NCBI RefSeq assembly: GCF_009914755.1
Contig: NC_060932.1
Reading direction: 5' to 3' (one strand)
Source: the human T2T-CHM13v2.0 reference genome, Homo sapiens
DNA: 64,000 nucleotides
The stretch's first letter is position 1; every line of letters begins with the position of its first letter. Below are positions 62,163-64,000 of the stretch, in pieces. Both the position numbers and the translations under genes were made by a program. A model generated the notes under the pieces. That model was not told the origin of the DNA. It was given only the letters and a program-made list of their open reading frames with translations, and made no database searches.

Positions 62163-64000
62163 AACACAGACTTTTGAATGTCTAGTGTATGCCATCAAAG
62201 GTCTTTTACACTGGAGAAACAAAATGAAATAATTTCTAATATTATTCTAGTATATGTCCTGTAAGAAGTTCAGCATCCAATCAAAGAAACAGACTTGCTA
62301 TTTAACTATTAGAATGCAGTGTGAAGAATGCTATGATAGACAAATACAGCATAGTTAGGCTTACAGAAGAAACACATCCAAATCAAGATAAATATATTCC
62401 ATATACATAGGAGATCTTAGGCACAGGCACATAAGCAAAAAGATAAATTAATGCAAAGTTCACATAGGTACAAAATAGTCAATCATTCATTTCTCTTTTT
62501 AAAAGAAAAAAAAGAGAAATGAATGATTGAGTCTATCGGTGGGGTTTCAGAGAAGGTTTCACAGAGTGCATGGCTTCTGAACTTGTTTCCACAGAGTATA
62601 GGTGCCTGCAGAGTAGAGGGAGCATTCCGAAGAAGGAAGCAGTAGATCCAGAGGCTAGAAGTATGAAAGTGTGGCATGTTTTATCTGGCACATAATGTCA
62701 TGCTTGGCACATAACAGATACCAAATAAAGGCTAACTTAATTAATGACAGAGTGATGATTAAGTAGGGCCAACTAATCAAGAGACTGAATGTGAATGTTT
62801 ATGAAAGATATTCATTCAAATAAAAACAGAAAATTTTAGATCTGTTGTAGCTTAGTTCTGATGATTAATCTTGACAGACGTATAAATAGGACTTTAATAT
62901 AATTCTGTTTCTGAATAGGTAATATAGATGAAATTCAAAAGATATAATGAAGAGTAATGTGTTTACTTCCCTGGCCAATATTAAATGGCAACCTTTATAA
63001 TGATTTTCATTCATTCCTCTGGGTACATTACTCAAATTTTGTCTTTAATTGTGATGTGCTTCTATGTGTATGTTGTAGGGAGTGGGGAGTAGGGAAGTTA
63101 AGTGTAGAGAATCATCAGATTTTAAAACTTGAAGATCTTCTGTTCCTAAAACCTTAATTTTTTTTTATTCCAAAGGAATATATCATGGTTTAATTAAGGC
63201 AGCAGAACCAATAGAGTATTACAGAGTAAGAGATTCATTTTAGGCATAAAATCTTACCCAGTTGTAGAAAAAGCTGAGAAGTAAAGGTCCAGAAGAGGGA
63301 GTTGAAGGATCAAAGTCACAACCAACCCTCCTGAAGCACTTGACCTGGTTAAAAACTTTGGAGCTTTCAAGAACCTGGGAAACATCCGACAGCACATCCA
63401 ACTGGTGGACTGAAACCACCAGAGAGCTGATAGACATTAATGGGAGGCTGTGGCCTCTGCATCTGGGGTAAGGCCGGGAGGCTGGAGTTGCTGTTGTTCA
63501 GCAGGGTCAAGAGTCAGGAAGAAGAAGTGATCACAGAGACAGGAAAAGTGAGAACAAGCCAGAATCTGCCAGCACCTTTCCATTGGTCTTTCACTGCATT
63601 TAAAACATGAAGACTTGCAAAGAATATTGGCTATTATTTCCCTCCATCTTCCAAATGTTGTTAAGGTTCCTCTTTTGCAAAACTCTAAATTCTGAATTAT
63701 TCTTAGGAAGTTGTTATAAAACAAAAACTACAGTAAACTAAATTTGAAGTGGTTCTTTGGCTTGTCCAGTGTCACAAAAAATAGAGCTATGTGTAGAACC
63801 TTGGTTTCCTTCCTCTTACTAGTCAACTACTTTTCTTCTGCTCAAGGCTCAGACCTCGTAGGCTTGTGCTAAAGTCCATTGTTAGCTAATCACTTTCTTT
63901 TTCTTTTTCTCTTAGCAACATTTTTGCTACATCTGGGTTTATTTTATAATCTGAGGAAATGTACTGATGTCTGCCATGTGCAGTTTGCACATTCAAGTGA

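Noticed and set aside
63240-63724. Two abutting minus-strand ORFs (65 and 95 aa) in less AT-rich sequence
   Set aside because: No recognisable protein, poly-A/TSD or phase-compatible exon. It may be an old repeat and cannot be supported without a search.

Overview
AT-rich human (or very close great-ape) genomic DNA from the middle of VPS13B/COH1, transcribed on the + strand. The gene is recognised from its translated exons and not by database search. Seven coding exons (about exons 26-31) have GT/AG boundaries and join in frame: 685-856, 1830-1944, the mutually exclusive pair 6131-6197 / 6764-6905, 10097-10505, 19894-20005 and 55423-55626. The 35-kb intron carries the antisense MIR875-MIR599 hairpin cluster and a Y3 RNA retropseudogene. 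The rest is intron filled with Alu, L1, L2, MIR, Tigger1, MER and MaLR repeats, which explain almost all of the long ORFs in the track. I see no evidence of a wholly new biological system. The most notable observations are: an 80%-identical relic duplicate of exon 27 directly upstream of it, next to a paralogous mutually exclusive exon pair; a perfect 28-bp hairpin about 3.8 kb downstream of the miRNA cluster; an inverted L1 pair around a symmetric exon, with possible local L1-L1 gene conversion; and several template-switch-like micro-rearrangements. Exon numbers and repeat subfamily names are from memory and should be confirmed.
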